A stretch of 64,000 bases of DNA from Bacteroidota bacterium. GTDB taxonomy: Bacteria > Bacteroidota > Bacteroidia > Bacteroidales > JAAUTT01. A model generated the notes under the pieces. It made no database searches and was not told where the DNA came from. It saw only the letters and a program-made list of their open reading frames with translations. The stretch covers positions 67,396 through 131,395 of the forward strand of contig JAJYAG010000001.1 of the NCBI GenBank assembly GCA_021779665.1. Direction: 5' to 3'. A program made the position numbers and the translations under genes. This document shows positions 53,925 to 63,737 of this stretch, one piece after another. Within the stretch, counting starts at the first letter, position 1. Each line of letters starts with the position of its first letter.

Positions 53925-54494
53925 ATGCAGGAAATTTGTATCGACGAGCAGTTCAATAATCTTGATTTCACCCAAAAAGCTCCTCCCTCGCGCGATTTTG
54001 ATGGTTGCAGCTTTACCGGATGTAATTTCAATGGTATTAATATATCGTCATTTAACTTTATCGATTGTACTTTTACGAACTGTAACTTCAGTATGGTGAA
54101 TATTGCAGGAACAAGCTTCAAAAATGCAGTTTTTACCGATTGTAAACTTATGGGAGTCGACTTTGGCAAATGCAACGATTTGCTTCTTTCGTTTACATTT
54201 GTCCGTTGTCAGCTCGACTATGCATTTTTCTACAAGAAAAAGCTTAAGAAAACCCAATTTAAGGAATGTAGTATCCAAGAAGCCAATTTTACCGAATCCG
54301 ATTTAAGTTTATCTGTGTTCCAGAAATGCGATTTATCGCGGACCACCTTCGACCGGACAAACTTATCAGGCGCAGATCTCCGGTCGGCATTCAATTATTC
54401 AATAGATCCTGAAAGTAATCAGATTAAAAAAGCTAAATTTTCGCTCGAAGGCATCAGAGGCTTGCTTGAAAAATACGATATTGAAATATCCTGA
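53925..54494 (+). CDS. Pentapeptide-repeat protein
   Basis: 189 aa of consecutive A(D/N)LxX-type pentapeptides (FDGCSFTGCNFNGINISSFNFIDCTFTNCNFSMVNIAGTSF...). Confidence 0.85.
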   Translation: MQEICIDEQFNNLDFTQKAPPSRDFDGCSFTGCNFNGINISSFNFIDCTFTNCNFSMVNIAGTSFKNAVFTDCKLMGVDFGKCNDLLLSFTFVRCQLDYAFFYKKKLKKTQFKECSIQEANFTESDLSLSVFQKCDLSRTTFDRTNLSGADLRSAFNYSIDPESNQIKKAKFSLEGIRGLLEKYDIEIS

Positions 54495-54604
54495 CCACAG
54501 TCCTCAGACCTCAGTCGACAGCTAACAGCCCATGCACTTGTATGCCCTGAATTCTGGATTGGCTGTGGTCTGTGGACCGTCGACTGTCGACTTTTATTTT
54601 TTTT
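54492..54604 (+). repeat. GTCGAC-word element, locus D, ending in a T-run (probable terminator)
   Basis: Starts on the TGA of the pentapeptide gene. The arm gaccacagtcctcagacctcagtcgacagctaacagcc pairs imperfectly with ggctgtggtctgtggaccgtcgactgtcgac. The element is followed by ttttatttttttt. Confidence 0.7.
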
Positions 54605-54696
54605 CATCAAATCTTACACCCAAATCACTTTATTTATATCTTTAGACCTACAAAACCTAATTTAATTTTTATAAACAAACCTAATTCTAGCCAACT

Positions 54697-55266
54697 ATGG
54701 AATTTTTTCAAACCATGGAGCCCTTGCTAAAAACATTGTGGTTTATTGCAATGCCTGTAACTCTGATTTTCCTGGTACAAGTTATTATGACTTTTATCGG
54801 GATGGATGCCACCGACGGTTTGCATTCTGACTTTGGAGGAGATGTTGATGCTTCCGATCACGGGAGTTTTCAGTTATTTTCCGTACGTAACCTGACAAAC
54901 TTTTTGCTGTCCTTCAGCTGGTCGGGTATTACGCTCTATAACACAATACACAGCTCAACGTTGCTGGTTGTTGTTTCCTTCCTGATAGGTGCCGGATTTG
55001 TAGCTTTGTTCTTTTTTGTAATGCGTGCCCTCCATAAACTATCAGAGGATAATACCTTTAAATTATCGCTTGCCGTTGGAAAAACAGCATCTGTGTACAT
55101 CGGGATTCCCGCACAGAAAAAAGGGACCGGAAAAGTACAGGTGAGCGTAAACGGATCGGTTCACGAAATTGAAGCCATTACCGAACACGAAAAAATTGAA
55201 TCGGGCTCTATGGTCCGCGTTAACGAAGTAATTAATAACAACATCCTTTTAGTAGAAAAACTCTAA
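54697..55266 (+). CDS. NfeD/YqiJ-like membrane protein
   Basis: 189 aa. A membrane N-half and a C-terminal OB-like block GTGKVQVSVNGSVHEIEAIT...GSMVRVNEV. Lies 15 nt upstream of the flotillin gene, the classical pairing. Confidence 0.65.
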   Translation: MEFFQTMEPLLKTLWFIAMPVTLIFLVQVIMTFIGMDATDGLHSDFGGDVDASDHGSFQLFSVRNLTNFLLSFSWSGITLYNTIHSSTLLVVVSFLIGAGFVALFFFVMRALHKLSEDNTFKLSLAVGKTASVYIGIPAQKKGTGKVQVSVNGSVHEIEAITEHEKIESGSMVRVNEVINNNILLVEKL

Positions 55267-55281
55267 CCTAACTTTTATCTT

Positions 55282-56799
55282 ATGTTTTCAAACCCAGTTC
55301 TTTTAATTGCAATTCTTGTTGTTGCATTCTTTTTATTGGTTTCGGCCTTATTGGCCCGCTTTAAAAGATGTCCGTCCGACAAAATTTTAGTGATTTATGG
55401 TAAAACAGGTGGCAGCTCTGCCCGCTGCGTTCATGGTGGTGGTGTATTTATCTGGCCTGTAATTCAGGATTATGCTTTTCTCGATCTGAAACCTATTTCC
55501 ATCGAAGCTAATCTTACCAACGCGCTCAGCCGCCAGAATATCCGTGTGGATGTTCCATGTCGTTTTACCGTTGGTATTTCTACCGAATCGGATAGTATGA
55601 ACAATGCAGCAGAACGTCTGCTTGGCCTTTCATCCGATCAGATTCAGGAACTCTCGAAAGATATCCTTTTTGGTCAGCTGCGTTTGGTTATTGCCACAAT
55701 GACCATTGAAGAAATCAACTCCGACCGTGATAAATTTCTCGACAACATTTCGAAAAACGTTGATACCGAGCTGAAGAAAATCGGCCTGAAACTTATCAAC
55801 GTAAACGTAACCGACATCAAGGACGAATCGGGCTACATCGAAGCTTTGGGTAAGGAAGCTGCTGCAAAAGCTATCAACGAAGCTAAAATTTCGGTTGCCG
55901 AGCAGGAAAAAATCGGGGAAACCGGTAAAGCAATGGCCGACAGAGAACGCGACACCCAGATAGCTGAAACACATCGTGATCGTGATGTAAAAATCGCCGT
56001 TACGATGAAAGACCGCGAAGTTAGTATCGCCGAAGCTGCCAAAGACGAATCGATTGGTAAAGCCGAAGCTCAAAAGTTTACCCGTATCAAAACATCTGAA
56101 GCCAACGCAATAGCTGTTAAAGGAGAAAACGAGGCCAAAATTGCCATAGCAACTTCAGATGCCCTGAGACGCGAAAAAGAAGCTGAAGCCTTAAGAGTAG
56201 CCGTAACTGCTGAAAAAGTACAGCAGGCCAAAGCTCTTGAAGAATCGTACGTTGCCGAGCAAAAGGCTGAGTTGGCCCGCTCCGAAAGAGAAAGAGCCAG
56301 TCAGATTGCCAACGTTATTGTTCACGCTGAAATTGAAAAGCAGAAATTAATTATCCAGGCACAGGCCGATGCAGAGCGTATCCGCGAAAATGCAAAAGGT
56401 GAAGCTGACGCTATTTTTGCCAAAATGGAAGCTGAAGCAAACGGTTTGTACGAAATCCTTACCAAACAGGCACAAGGTTACGAAAAAGTGGTGGATGCTG
56501 CCGGAGGCGATCCAACTAAAGCATTCCAGCTGTTGCTTATCGAAAAGCTGCCTGAGCTTGTTAAAACCCAGGTGGAAGCTGTCAAGAATATCAAAATTGA
56601 TAAAATCACCGTTTGGGACTCGGCATCGAATGGCGATGGAAACACATCCACAGCCAATTTTGTTTCGGGCATGATGAAAACCGTTCCACCGTTAAACGAC
56701 CTGTTTAATATGGCCGGTCTTAATCTTCCTACTTATCTGAAAGGTAAACCAGAAGATAACGACAATGCTCACGAAGACAAAAAAGAAGAAAATGCTTAG
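55282..56799 (+). CDS. Flotillin-like SPFH/band-7 protein (YqiK/FloT type)
   Basis: 505 aa. N-terminal TM, SPFH domain, then a long Ala/Glu/Lys-rich coiled-coil region (EAAAKAINEAKISVAEQEKI...). Confidence 0.85.
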   Translation: MFSNPVLLIAILVVAFFLLVSALLARFKRCPSDKILVIYGKTGGSSARCVHGGGVFIWPVIQDYAFLDLKPISIEANLTNALSRQNIRVDVPCRFTVGISTESDSMNNAAERLLGLSSDQIQELSKDILFGQLRLVIATMTIEEINSDRDKFLDNISKNVDTELKKIGLKLINVNVTDIKDESGYIEALGKEAAAKAINEAKISVAEQEKIGETGKAMADRERDTQIAETHRDRDVKIAVTMKDREVSIAEAAKDESIGKAEAQKFTRIKTSEANAIAVKGENEAKIAIATSDALRREKEAEALRVAVTAEKVQQAKALEESYVAEQKAELARSERERASQIANVIVHAEIEKQKLIIQAQADAERIRENAKGEADAIFAKMEAEANGLYEILTKQAQGYEKVVDAAGGDPTKAFQLLLIEKLPELVKTQVEAVKNIKIDKITVWDSASNGDGNTSTANFVSGMMKTVPPLNDLFNMAGLNLPTYLKGKPEDNDNAHEDKKEENA

Positions 56800-56817
56800 T
56801 CGGGCATTATAACTTAC

Positions 56818-56853
56818 AAAAAGGCATTGACTCCAAAGGTTGATGCCTTTTTT
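56818..56853 (+). terminator. Intrinsic terminator after the flotillin gene
   Basis: Stem aaaaggcat / atgcctttt (9 bp) with a 15-nt loop and a T-run to 56853. Confidence 0.55.
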
Positions 56854-56934
56854 CTTTATGGCTTTGATTATTGATTTCAAATCAATATTTTTGGCGCTTC
56901 TAATTTTAGACTCGCATAATTAAAACTAAAGACT

Positions 56935-57402
56935 ATGAGCAAAGTTGTTATCTCAAGCTTCGAAGAGTACGAGAAATTTATTGGTAAAGAAATTGGAGTT
57001 TCCGAATATATTGAAGTTACACAGGAACAAATTAATTTATTTGCCGATGCAACACTGGATCACCAATGGATCCACACCGATCCGGCAAGAGCCGCTGTTG
57101 AAAGTCCGTTTAAATCAACCATTGCCCATGGTTATTTCAATCTCTCGATTCTGCCTTACTTGTGGCTCGAAATTGTAGAGTTTAAGAATGTAAAGCTGAT
57201 GGTAAATTATGGTATCGAAAAGCTGAAATTTAACCAGCCGGTGCTTATCGGAAGCAGAATCCGTTTACGTGCAAAACTCGAAACGCTTGTTAACCTGAGA
57301 GGTACAACCAAAGCAGGATTATATGTAGTGCTCGAAATTGAAGGAAACAACAAACCTGCACTTGACGGTGTTCTGACCTTTTTATATCATTTCAATAATT
57401 AG
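56935..57402 (+). CDS. MaoC-like (R)-hydratase / dehydratase
   Basis: 155 aa. Contains FADATLDHQWIHTDPARA ... STIAHGYF, the hot-dog fold hydratase motif. Confidence 0.85.
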   Translation: MSKVVISSFEEYEKFIGKEIGVSEYIEVTQEQINLFADATLDHQWIHTDPARAAVESPFKSTIAHGYFNLSILPYLWLEIVEFKNVKLMVNYGIEKLKFNQPVLIGSRIRLRAKLETLVNLRGTTKAGLYVVLEIEGNNKPALDGVLTFLYHFNN

Positions 57403-57423
57403 GAGAAATTATAAAATATAAAG

Positions 57424-57451
57424 AAAGCGTTGGTATTCCAGCGCTTTTTTT
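57424..57451 (+). terminator. Intrinsic terminator
   Basis: Sequence aaagcgttgg-tatt-ccagcgcttt (one G-T pair) with a T7 run. Confidence 0.65.
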
Positions 57452-57472
57452 GTTTGACCCATATTTGCATAG

Positions 57473-59239
57473 GTGAAAAACAGCAAAGACATACATGAGT
57501 TGAAATTCAGGAACAAACCACCGTTTGTGACCCTGCTTTCCATTTATAAAACGGAACGGGGAAATCTTACAATTTCGCTCATATTACTTATAATCAAGCA
57601 CTCTCCTGCCCTGCTTCTGCCAGTTATCATCGGGAATGTAATTAATGCAATTATTGCCGGCGGACCCGAAACGCTTCATAAAATCACCTGGAATTCGGTT
57701 TTCATTGGTATCTTAATTTTTCAGAATATTCTTACGCATACTTTATTTATAAAGTACCTGAGCAAGGCAAATCGTTCCATTGAAAAGAAACTCAGGTTTT
57801 CTCTTGTAAAGAGGATGCAGGAGCTGTCGATTTCGTTTCATGATAATTTTGAATCCGGCCGGCTGCAAACAAAGGTATTGCGCGACGTCGAATCTATCGA
57901 GATTCTTACCCGGCAGCTTGCCAATATTGTTTTTACAGGACTGCTCAACATCGTTTTTGTAATTGTTGCCACGCTGCTTCATAATGTTTATGTGGCTCTG
58001 TTTTATTTTGTCATTATCCCTCTATCTGTTTTTCTGGTATTGACATTTCGCCGGAAAATGGTAAAAAGTAATGAAGAATACCGGTTGACACTCGAGGTTA
58101 TGTCGGCACGGGTAAGCGAAATGGTACAGATGATTCCCATAACACGGGCTCATGGAGCAGAGAAGACTGAAATTGATCAGGTAAGTTCCCATTTGGAAAA
58201 CGTACAAAAAAAAGGTTTCCGGCTCGATGTTCTGAATGCCCTGTTTGGATCTTCAGCATGGGTTACTTTCCAGATTTTCCAGTTTATATGCTTGCTGGTT
58301 ACAGGTTTTATGGCATATTATAAAATGATTACCGTTGGCGATGTAGTGATGTACCAGGGATTTTTCGGCCTTATAATCAACGCCATCAACATGATTATCA
58401 ACGTTTATCCCGAAATCAACCGTGGTTTCGATTCCCTGCATTCGCTGGGCGAAATTCTGGAATGTCCCGATCTGGAGCAAAACGAGGGCAAGAAAAGAAT
58501 TCAATCGGTGAAGGGCGAGGTGGAGTTCCGCGATGTAGTTTTTGGGTACACCTCCGATGTTTTAGCGGTTAATAATATATCCTTCAAGGCTGAACCCGGA
58601 CAAACCATTGCTTTTATCGGCGAGTCAGGCGCCGGTAAATCAACGCTGATGAATCTGCTTATTGGCTATCGTCGGCCTGCCTCCGGGCAAATTCTGCTGG
58701 ATGGAACTTCCATGAACGAAATTGACCTGAGAACCTACCGCAGGCATATTGCAGTGGTTCCGCAGAATATCATTCTGTTTTCGGGCTCAGTACGCGAAAA
58801 CATCCTTTATGGAATTGATAGCGAAAACGTTAACGAAGCTATATACAGTGAAGTGCTTGAGATGTCGCGCGTAAATGAGTTCCTCGGCAAATTACCCGAT
58901 GGCGAAAATACCCGCATAGGCGAACATGGCAGTAAACTTTCCGGCGGACAGCGTCAGAGGATTGCCATTGCAAGAGCCTTAATCCGCGACCCCAAGATTA
59001 TTATTCTCGATGAAGCCACTTCAGCCCTCGATGTTCAAAGCGAAGTTTATATCCGTGAAGCCATCGGGAATATGATAAAAAACCGGACTACCTTTATCAT
59101 TGCTCATAGGCTAACCACAGTGCGGCATGCAGATCTTATTATTGTTCTGAAAAAGGGTCGGATAATTGAAAGCGGAGGTCACGACAGCCTGATGGCAAAA
59201 AAAGGTGAGTATTTCAAAATGAACGAAGTTGTTCAATAG
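57473..59239 (+). CDS. ABC exporter, fused permease-ATPase (MsbA-like type I)
   Basis: 588 aa with a 6-TM domain. Contains Walker A GESGAGKST, signature LSGGQRQRIAIARAL and Walker B IIILDEATS. GTG start with no nearby ATG. Confidence 0.9.
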   Translation: MKNSKDIHELKFRNKPPFVTLLSIYKTERGNLTISLILLIIKHSPALLLPVIIGNVINAIIAGGPETLHKITWNSVFIGILIFQNILTHTLFIKYLSKANRSIEKKLRFSLVKRMQELSISFHDNFESGRLQTKVLRDVESIEILTRQLANIVFTGLLNIVFVIVATLLHNVYVALFYFVIIPLSVFLVLTFRRKMVKSNEEYRLTLEVMSARVSEMVQMIPITRAHGAEKTEIDQVSSHLENVQKKGFRLDVLNALFGSSAWVTFQIFQFICLLVTGFMAYYKMITVGDVVMYQGFFGLIINAINMIINVYPEINRGFDSLHSLGEILECPDLEQNEGKKRIQSVKGEVEFRDVVFGYTSDVLAVNNISFKAEPGQTIAFIGESGAGKSTLMNLLIGYRRPASGQILLDGTSMNEIDLRTYRRHIAVVPQNIILFSGSVRENILYGIDSENVNEAIYSEVLEMSRVNEFLGKLPDGENTRIGEHGSKLSGGQRQRIAIARALIRDPKIIILDEATSALDVQSEVYIREAIGNMIKNRTTFIIAHRLTTVRHADLIIVLKKGRIIESGGHDSLMAKKGEYFKMNEVVQ

Positions 59240-59336
59240 TAAGCAGATAAAATTACTTTTTCAGGGTGAATTACCCGGGTTGATAAAAAAAATTTTTCCA
59301 TTTAAAAAAGTAGCTTATTTTTGAAGCAGCAATATA

Positions 59337-59843
59337 ATGCGCATGAATATAATAGAAGCTATCTGTACTCCTATCAACCAAATTATTAACTGGTTTTATC
59401 CACCATTCCGAAGGCTGGTACCTATCCAGACTTTCCGATATGCTGCCTGTGGAGGATCCAACATGGTACTCGATACGCTTTTATATTATATAAGCTACAA
59501 CTATATTCTTGAAAAAAGGCTTGTACACCTGAAGCTATTTACAATCAGCCCGCATATTGCAGCCGTGTTTATGGCATTTTTCGTGACTTTTCCTACAGGT
59601 TTCTTTCTTTCCAAATACATCACCTTTACACAGTCGGAACTGCGCGGTCGAATTCAGTTATTCCGATATGGCCTCACCGTGTTAATCTGCCTTATTCTTA
59701 CCTATTCCTTCATGAAAATTTTTGTCGATTTCATAGGATGGTACCCAACTCCTTCAAGAATACTTACAACTGTTCTTGTAGTAATTTATAGCTATTTCTC
59801 TCAGAAATACTTTACTTTCCAGACTGTTCCTGCCAATGTTTAG
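59337..59843 (+). CDS. GtrA-family membrane protein
   Basis: 168 aa with 4 TM. Contains FRYAACGGSNMVLDTLLYY and the C-terminal SYFSQKYFTF, typical of GtrA-like proteins. Confidence 0.75.
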   Translation: MRMNIIEAICTPINQIINWFYPPFRRLVPIQTFRYAACGGSNMVLDTLLYYISYNYILEKRLVHLKLFTISPHIAAVFMAFFVTFPTGFFLSKYITFTQSELRGRIQLFRYGLTVLICLILTYSFMKIFVDFIGWYPTPSRILTTVLVVIYSYFSQKYFTFQTVPANV

Positions 59844-59846
59844 GAA

Positions 59847-60260
59847 ATGACCGCTGAAGAACTTAAAACACGTGGTTTCGAAGAAGAACTGATTTTCAGC
59901 GCCAGCAGAAGTAGCGGTGCTGGGGGACAGAATGTAAATAAAGTAAATACCAAGGTTGAATTACGGTTTAATGTTGAAGATTCCCAGTTACTTACTCCCG
60001 AAGAAAAAGAACTGATATCAGCCAAACTTGCAGCACAGATCTCTAACGACGGCTTTTTGATTATCGTGTCACAAACCGAACGTTCCCAGCTAAAAAACAA
60101 GGAAACGGCAATTTCCAAATTCTACAATTTGCTTGCAAAAGCTTTAACCAGGCGTAAAAAGCGGAAACCCACCTCTCCAACTAAAATTTCTAAAGAAAAA
60201 CGGTTGGAAGGGAAGAGAAAAAATTCTGAAAAAAAGGGATTGCGAAAAAAAATTGAATAG
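59847..60260 (+). CDS. arfB: Ribosome-rescue peptidyl-tRNA hydrolase ArfB (YaeJ)
   Basis: 137 aa. Contains the GGQ motif SSGAGGQNVNKVNTKVELRF and a basic C-terminal tail (RRKKRKPTSPTKISKEKRLEGKRKNSEKK). Confidence 0.85.
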   Translation: MTAEELKTRGFEEELIFSASRSSGAGGQNVNKVNTKVELRFNVEDSQLLTPEEKELISAKLAAQISNDGFLIIVSQTERSQLKNKETAISKFYNLLAKALTRRKKRKPTSPTKISKEKRLEGKRKNSEKKGLRKKIE

Positions 60261-60367
60261 CTACATCCCTTTCTAATTCAAGGTTCTGTGAAGATAACAT
60301 TTCATTAAGAAACTTTGGCAGAGATTTTGCGTTAAGGGTATTCAAAGAGACCTAAAAACTCATTACC

Positions 60368-61360
60368 ATGAAAGCAATTGTAACATTAACAGCCGGTTTG
60401 ATGATTGTATCAGCCACTTTTGCACAGTCCTCCAGGAGGTCCGAATCAAAAGAGAATAATAATGAATCCAACAATAGAAGATCAGAATCAGTAACTGAAA
60501 GAAGAGCACCGTCCGAAAGATCGGATAACAGCAGAACCGAAAGCGTAAGTTCCGACAGAAGATCAAACGAACGAATTGCGGTTGAAAAAAAATCTGAATC
60601 AAGCTCCAATACCAGTGTTCAGCAGCAGGTTCCTGTCACTCCCGACAGATCAGGCGATCGGTCGAGCGTTACAAACCGCCGCAATCCTTCGGAACAAAAC
60701 AAAGAAAGCTACAGCAGCAATCGGGGTAACAGTTCTAATTCGGGAAATAACAACCCTGACCGGAACCGGTATACTCCAAGCCAGAATTCTTCCAAAACTT
60801 ACGACGACAACCGGAGAGAGCCTCGCGGTGATGTTCGCAGGGAAGTTGTAGTTCAGGAACATTCAAGAAGAACCGTAGAGCCCAGACATCATGCAGTTGT
60901 TCACAATTCGTACCGTCCGGTTCCTGTCGAAGTTCGCAGAGTAAAATACCCTTATCGTGCACCTGTAAGAACCGAAGTAATCTGGACAGTAGATTTATCA
61001 AGACGTTTCGAAGTATATTACCCGGCATACCGCCCTTACAGATACCATGTCGGAATGAGATTAGCTACAGTTTCGGCTTACGATGCTTACGACTTTGTAG
61101 GTGAAATTGCCAGAGTATACGGCCGAGTAGCTGAAACATACTACTCATGGGAAACTGATGAATACTTCCTTTACCTCGGTGATTACTATCCTTACCACGA
61201 TTTCTCGGTAATCATACCCGGACGTGAAGCCAGAGATTTCAGCCGCAGACCGGAAAGGTTTTTCGAGAGACAACATATTGAAGTTACCGGTCTGGTAACC
61301 CGTTTCGAAGGCAAACCCGAAATGGTAATCAAAAGATCGTCGCAGGTAGCTGTTTACTAA
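60368..61360 (+). CDS. Secreted protein: Ser/Arg/Glu/Asn-rich low-complexity region plus a C-terminal OB-like domain
   Basis: 330 aa with signal peptide ...VSATFAQS. About 150 aa of RRSES/ERRAPSERS/DRRSNER-type repeats follow. The C-terminal block VGEIARVYGRVAETYY...FLYLGDYYPYHDFSVIIPG...HIEVTGLVTRFEGKPEMVI resembles an OB-fold module. Confidence 0.6.
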   Translation: MKAIVTLTAGLMIVSATFAQSSRRSESKENNNESNNRRSESVTERRAPSERSDNSRTESVSSDRRSNERIAVEKKSESSSNTSVQQQVPVTPDRSGDRSSVTNRRNPSEQNKESYSSNRGNSSNSGNNNPDRNRYTPSQNSSKTYDDNRREPRGDVRREVVVQEHSRRTVEPRHHAVVHNSYRPVPVEVRRVKYPYRAPVRTEVIWTVDLSRRFEVYYPAYRPYRYHVGMRLATVSAYDAYDFVGEIARVYGRVAETYYSWETDEYFLYLGDYYPYHDFSVIIPGREARDFSRRPERFFERQHIEVTGLVTRFEGKPEMVIKRSSQVAVY

Positions 61361-61371
61361 AACACCATCAC

Positions 61372-61400
61372 AAAAAAACCGGGTTCTTCCCGGTTTTTTT
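61372..61400. terminator. Bidirectional intrinsic terminator between convergent genes
   Basis: Sequence aaaaaaaccggg-ttctt-cccggttttttt: a perfect stem flanked by A7 and T7. Confidence 0.8.
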
Positions 61401-61437
61401 GTGTTTATACGTTTCTTAAATTTGCTTAAGCCTGAGT

Positions 61438-62418
61438 TTAATTTGCCGCTTCTCTGATGGGGACACGCTTATGGTTTTTATACGCTACCACAAAAGCCTT
61501 GGGAATATTAACCTTCTTCAGCAGCTGATTAGCTTCTTCGAATGTTCTGTACCTGCCGATTACATATTTATACCACCCTTCTTCCTTAAGAGTTTCTATG
61601 GGCATATCGCCATCGTAAACGTTCATTTTGATATAGCTCGAATTAAGCGGAACTGTATGAGCCACTATCTGAACCTGATAGTAAACAACCGTAGAATCGT
61701 AAGGCTCAGGCTCAGGTTCTTTTTTAATTTGTTGCGCTATCACCGAATCCTTTTTAACAGGTGTGGATGCAACAACCTCAGCAGGTTTTTCTTTGGTGAA
61801 AAGATTTTTCACAATATCGTCGTCGTAAACATAATTGTAATGAACAGGCCAATCGCGATATAGCTGAAGTGCACGGCCTTCTTTTTTTACAGCAATAATT
61901 TCAAGCGATATAGCTTCATAGAAACGATCGAAAGCTTTTGCATATTCCCGGCTATAACTTGCAGCTGCCTGTCTGTTTAATCCAGCTTTCTCAAAATAAT
62001 TGGAAGCTTCTTTCTGCAAAGCTTTGGCACTTTCCAATCCGGATGGGGAATCGTATTTATGCTTTGACCAGAATTCGGAGCTGTTCTTTTTAAAAACATC
62101 ATATTTAATCTGGCATCCTTCCTGAAAATTCTTTGCAGCCTGCACCAGGAGCGGATAAGCTTTGGCGTGGTACATGGAATCCATACGCGGATTGGATATG
62201 TCTTTGGGGTTGTAAACATTTACCAATTGATTCCAGGTAATAATACCACTCTTAATCAACTCGTTAGCCTTTTCAATCTTTTTTATTTCACTTTTTTCAA
62301 ACTCAACCGGAGGATCCAATACTTTAGGAAGTTCCTGTGCAATAAGATTCCGTGAAATGAATACGGTAAAGCCAATAAGAATAATCCGGGTTAATTTTTC
62401 TTTATTCATCTTATCCAA
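61438..62418 (-). CDS. SPOR-domain protein (N-terminal anchor/signal)
   Basis: 326 aa. The C-terminal ~75 aa (YYQVQIVAHTVPLNSS...WYKYVIGRYRTFEEANQLLKKV..FVVAYKN) fits the SPOR peptidoglycan-binding pattern. Confidence 0.6.
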   Translation of the reverse strand: MDKMNKEKLTRIILIGFTVFISRNLIAQELPKVLDPPVEFEKSEIKKIEKANELIKSGIITWNQLVNVYNPKDISNPRMDSMYHAKAYPLLVQAAKNFQEGCQIKYDVFKKNSSEFWSKHKYDSPSGLESAKALQKEASNYFEKAGLNRQAAASYSREYAKAFDRFYEAISLEIIAVKKEGRALQLYRDWPVHYNYVYDDDIVKNLFTKEKPAEVVASTPVKKDSVIAQQIKKEPEPEPYDSTVVYYQVQIVAHTVPLNSSYIKMNVYDGDMPIETLKEEGWYKYVIGRYRTFEEANQLLKKVNIPKAFVVAYKNHKRVPIREAAN

Positions 62419-62470
62419 TTTTCGAGAATTTTTTACGAAAGAATTCCGAAAATGTAACGTTGTTTTAAAA

Positions 62471-63277
62471 TTATTTTAAAGGCGAGTTCGGTTCTTTCCT
62501 CATGGTGTTGTATTCAATCACATCGAGTAAACGAGGACAGATTTTGTTGAGCAATATAACAAGTTTACCTTCCATGGTAAGCACTATGGAACGTTTTCGG
62601 CGTTTTATACCATTAAAAATATGGCGGGCCACCTCTTCCGAACTCATCAGATTGGATTCCTGCAAAGGCGATTCGCCCTGTTCCTGTCCATTTTCGTTGA
62701 GTGCTGTTTTACGGATGTTGGATGCAGTAAAACCCGGCGCTACTATCATAACATGCAATTTATTTTTAAGATTCTCGACACGGAGAGTATCCAGAAATCC
62801 TTGTAAAGCAAACTTGGAGGCAGAATAACCGGTACGGGCCGGCAATCCTTTAAAGCCTGCAATAGACGAGACACCTACCACGGAGCCCTGATTTTGGAGC
62901 AGGTATGGCAAAGCATATTTGGTACAGTAAACAGCTCCCCAGAAATTCACATCCATTAGCTGTTTTATTACCTTTAAATCAACGTTTTGAAACAAAGCCC
63001 GCATGGATATTCCGGCATTGTTAATCAGGATATCAATTCTTTTAAATCTATCTATTGTTTTATTTACCAAATTCTTACAATCATCATCTTTTGTAACATC
63101 TGTTTGAACGATCAGAATATCAGGGTTCGAAGGTTTTATTTCCTGCTCAATCTCTGTTAACCTTTCTATATTACGGGCCGCTAACACTACAGAATAACCT
63201 TTAGAAGCAAACTCCCTGGCGCAGGCAAGTCCAATTCCAGAAGAAGCTCCGGTTATTATCACTACTTTATTTTGCAT
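62471..63277 (-). CDS. SDR-family oxidoreductase
   Basis: Re-started at MQNKVVIITGASSGIGLA (ATG 63277-63275). Contains NNAG and YSASKFAL. The 62-codon extension in the ORF track has no SDR counterpart. Confidence 0.85.
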   Translation of the reverse strand: MQNKVVIITGASSGIGLACAREFASKGYSVVLAARNIERLTEIEQEIKPSNPDILIVQTDVTKDDDCKNLVNKTIDRFKRIDILINNAGISMRALFQNVDLKVIKQLMDVNFWGAVYCTKYALPYLLQNQGSVVGVSSIAGFKGLPARTGYSASKFALQGFLDTLRVENLKNKLHVMIVAPGFTASNIRKTALNENGQEQGESPLQESNLMSSEEVARHIFNGIKRRKRSIVLTMEGKLVILLNKICPRLLDVIEYNTMRKEPNSPLK

Positions 63278-63686
63278 ATTAAGGTTGACGTCGTTAAAAT
63301 TGTTGTAAAAATAGTAAAACAAACCAAAGTGGTGCGAAATTAAATGCATGTTTTCGGCATTTCGGACATGAAGCAACTCTTTATTGATTGTAGCAAAGTA
63401 ATTTACCGGACAATAATGCACCTCACCTCTTTCCTTCTGCCTTGCAAGGAGTCTCTGGTTCAAAAGCTTAAACTATTAAAGTAATCGTATTTTCTGGTTT
63501 ACAGAGATATATAAAATCCAGGATACCTATTGGAATTATTTCGATGCCATGTTCAATAAAAAAGTGCGATTTTTTTGAATATTTTTTTAGTTGGGATACT
63601 CAGGTCATTTTTAAATTCTTAGGCTTGAATTTTAGAAAATTTAGCGGATTGCACAGGATATTTTTTGCCAATTTTTTCCGAAAGCA

Positions 63687-63717
63687 TTTGGAGAAAAAAA
63701 AAATGGTATTACCTTTG
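63687..63717 (+). promoter_or_regulatory. Bacteroidota-type promoter for the tRNA: TTTG (-33) and TACCTTTG (-7)
   Basis: tttg lies at 63687-63690 and tacctttg at 63710-63717, with 19-bp spacing. The box ends 20 nt before the tRNA 5' end. Confidence 0.45.
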
Positions 63718-63737
63718 CAGCGCCTTTGAAAAAAGAC

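Noticed and set aside
53925-54494. Pentapeptide-repeat protein as a Qnr/MfpA-type quinolone-resistance determinant
   Set aside because: The pentapeptide-repeat fold alone does not imply gyrase protection. The characteristic Qnr loop features cannot be judged without an alignment, so only the generic family call is made.
55630-56073. 147-aa minus-strand ORF inside the flotillin gene
   Set aside because: It is antisense to the Ala/Glu/Lys-rich coiled-coil region. The repetitive GCn/GAA codons keep the opposite strand open.
54697-56799. NfeD-flotillin pair as a novel system
   Set aside because: This is the well-known yqiJ/yqiK-type (NfeD-SPFH) operon architecture. It is ordinary.
63278-63463. 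62-codon N-terminal extension of the SDR gene
   Set aside because: SDR enzymes start a few residues before the TGxxxGxG motif. The internal ATG at 63277 gives MQNKVVIITGASSGIG, and the extension has no counterpart in the family.
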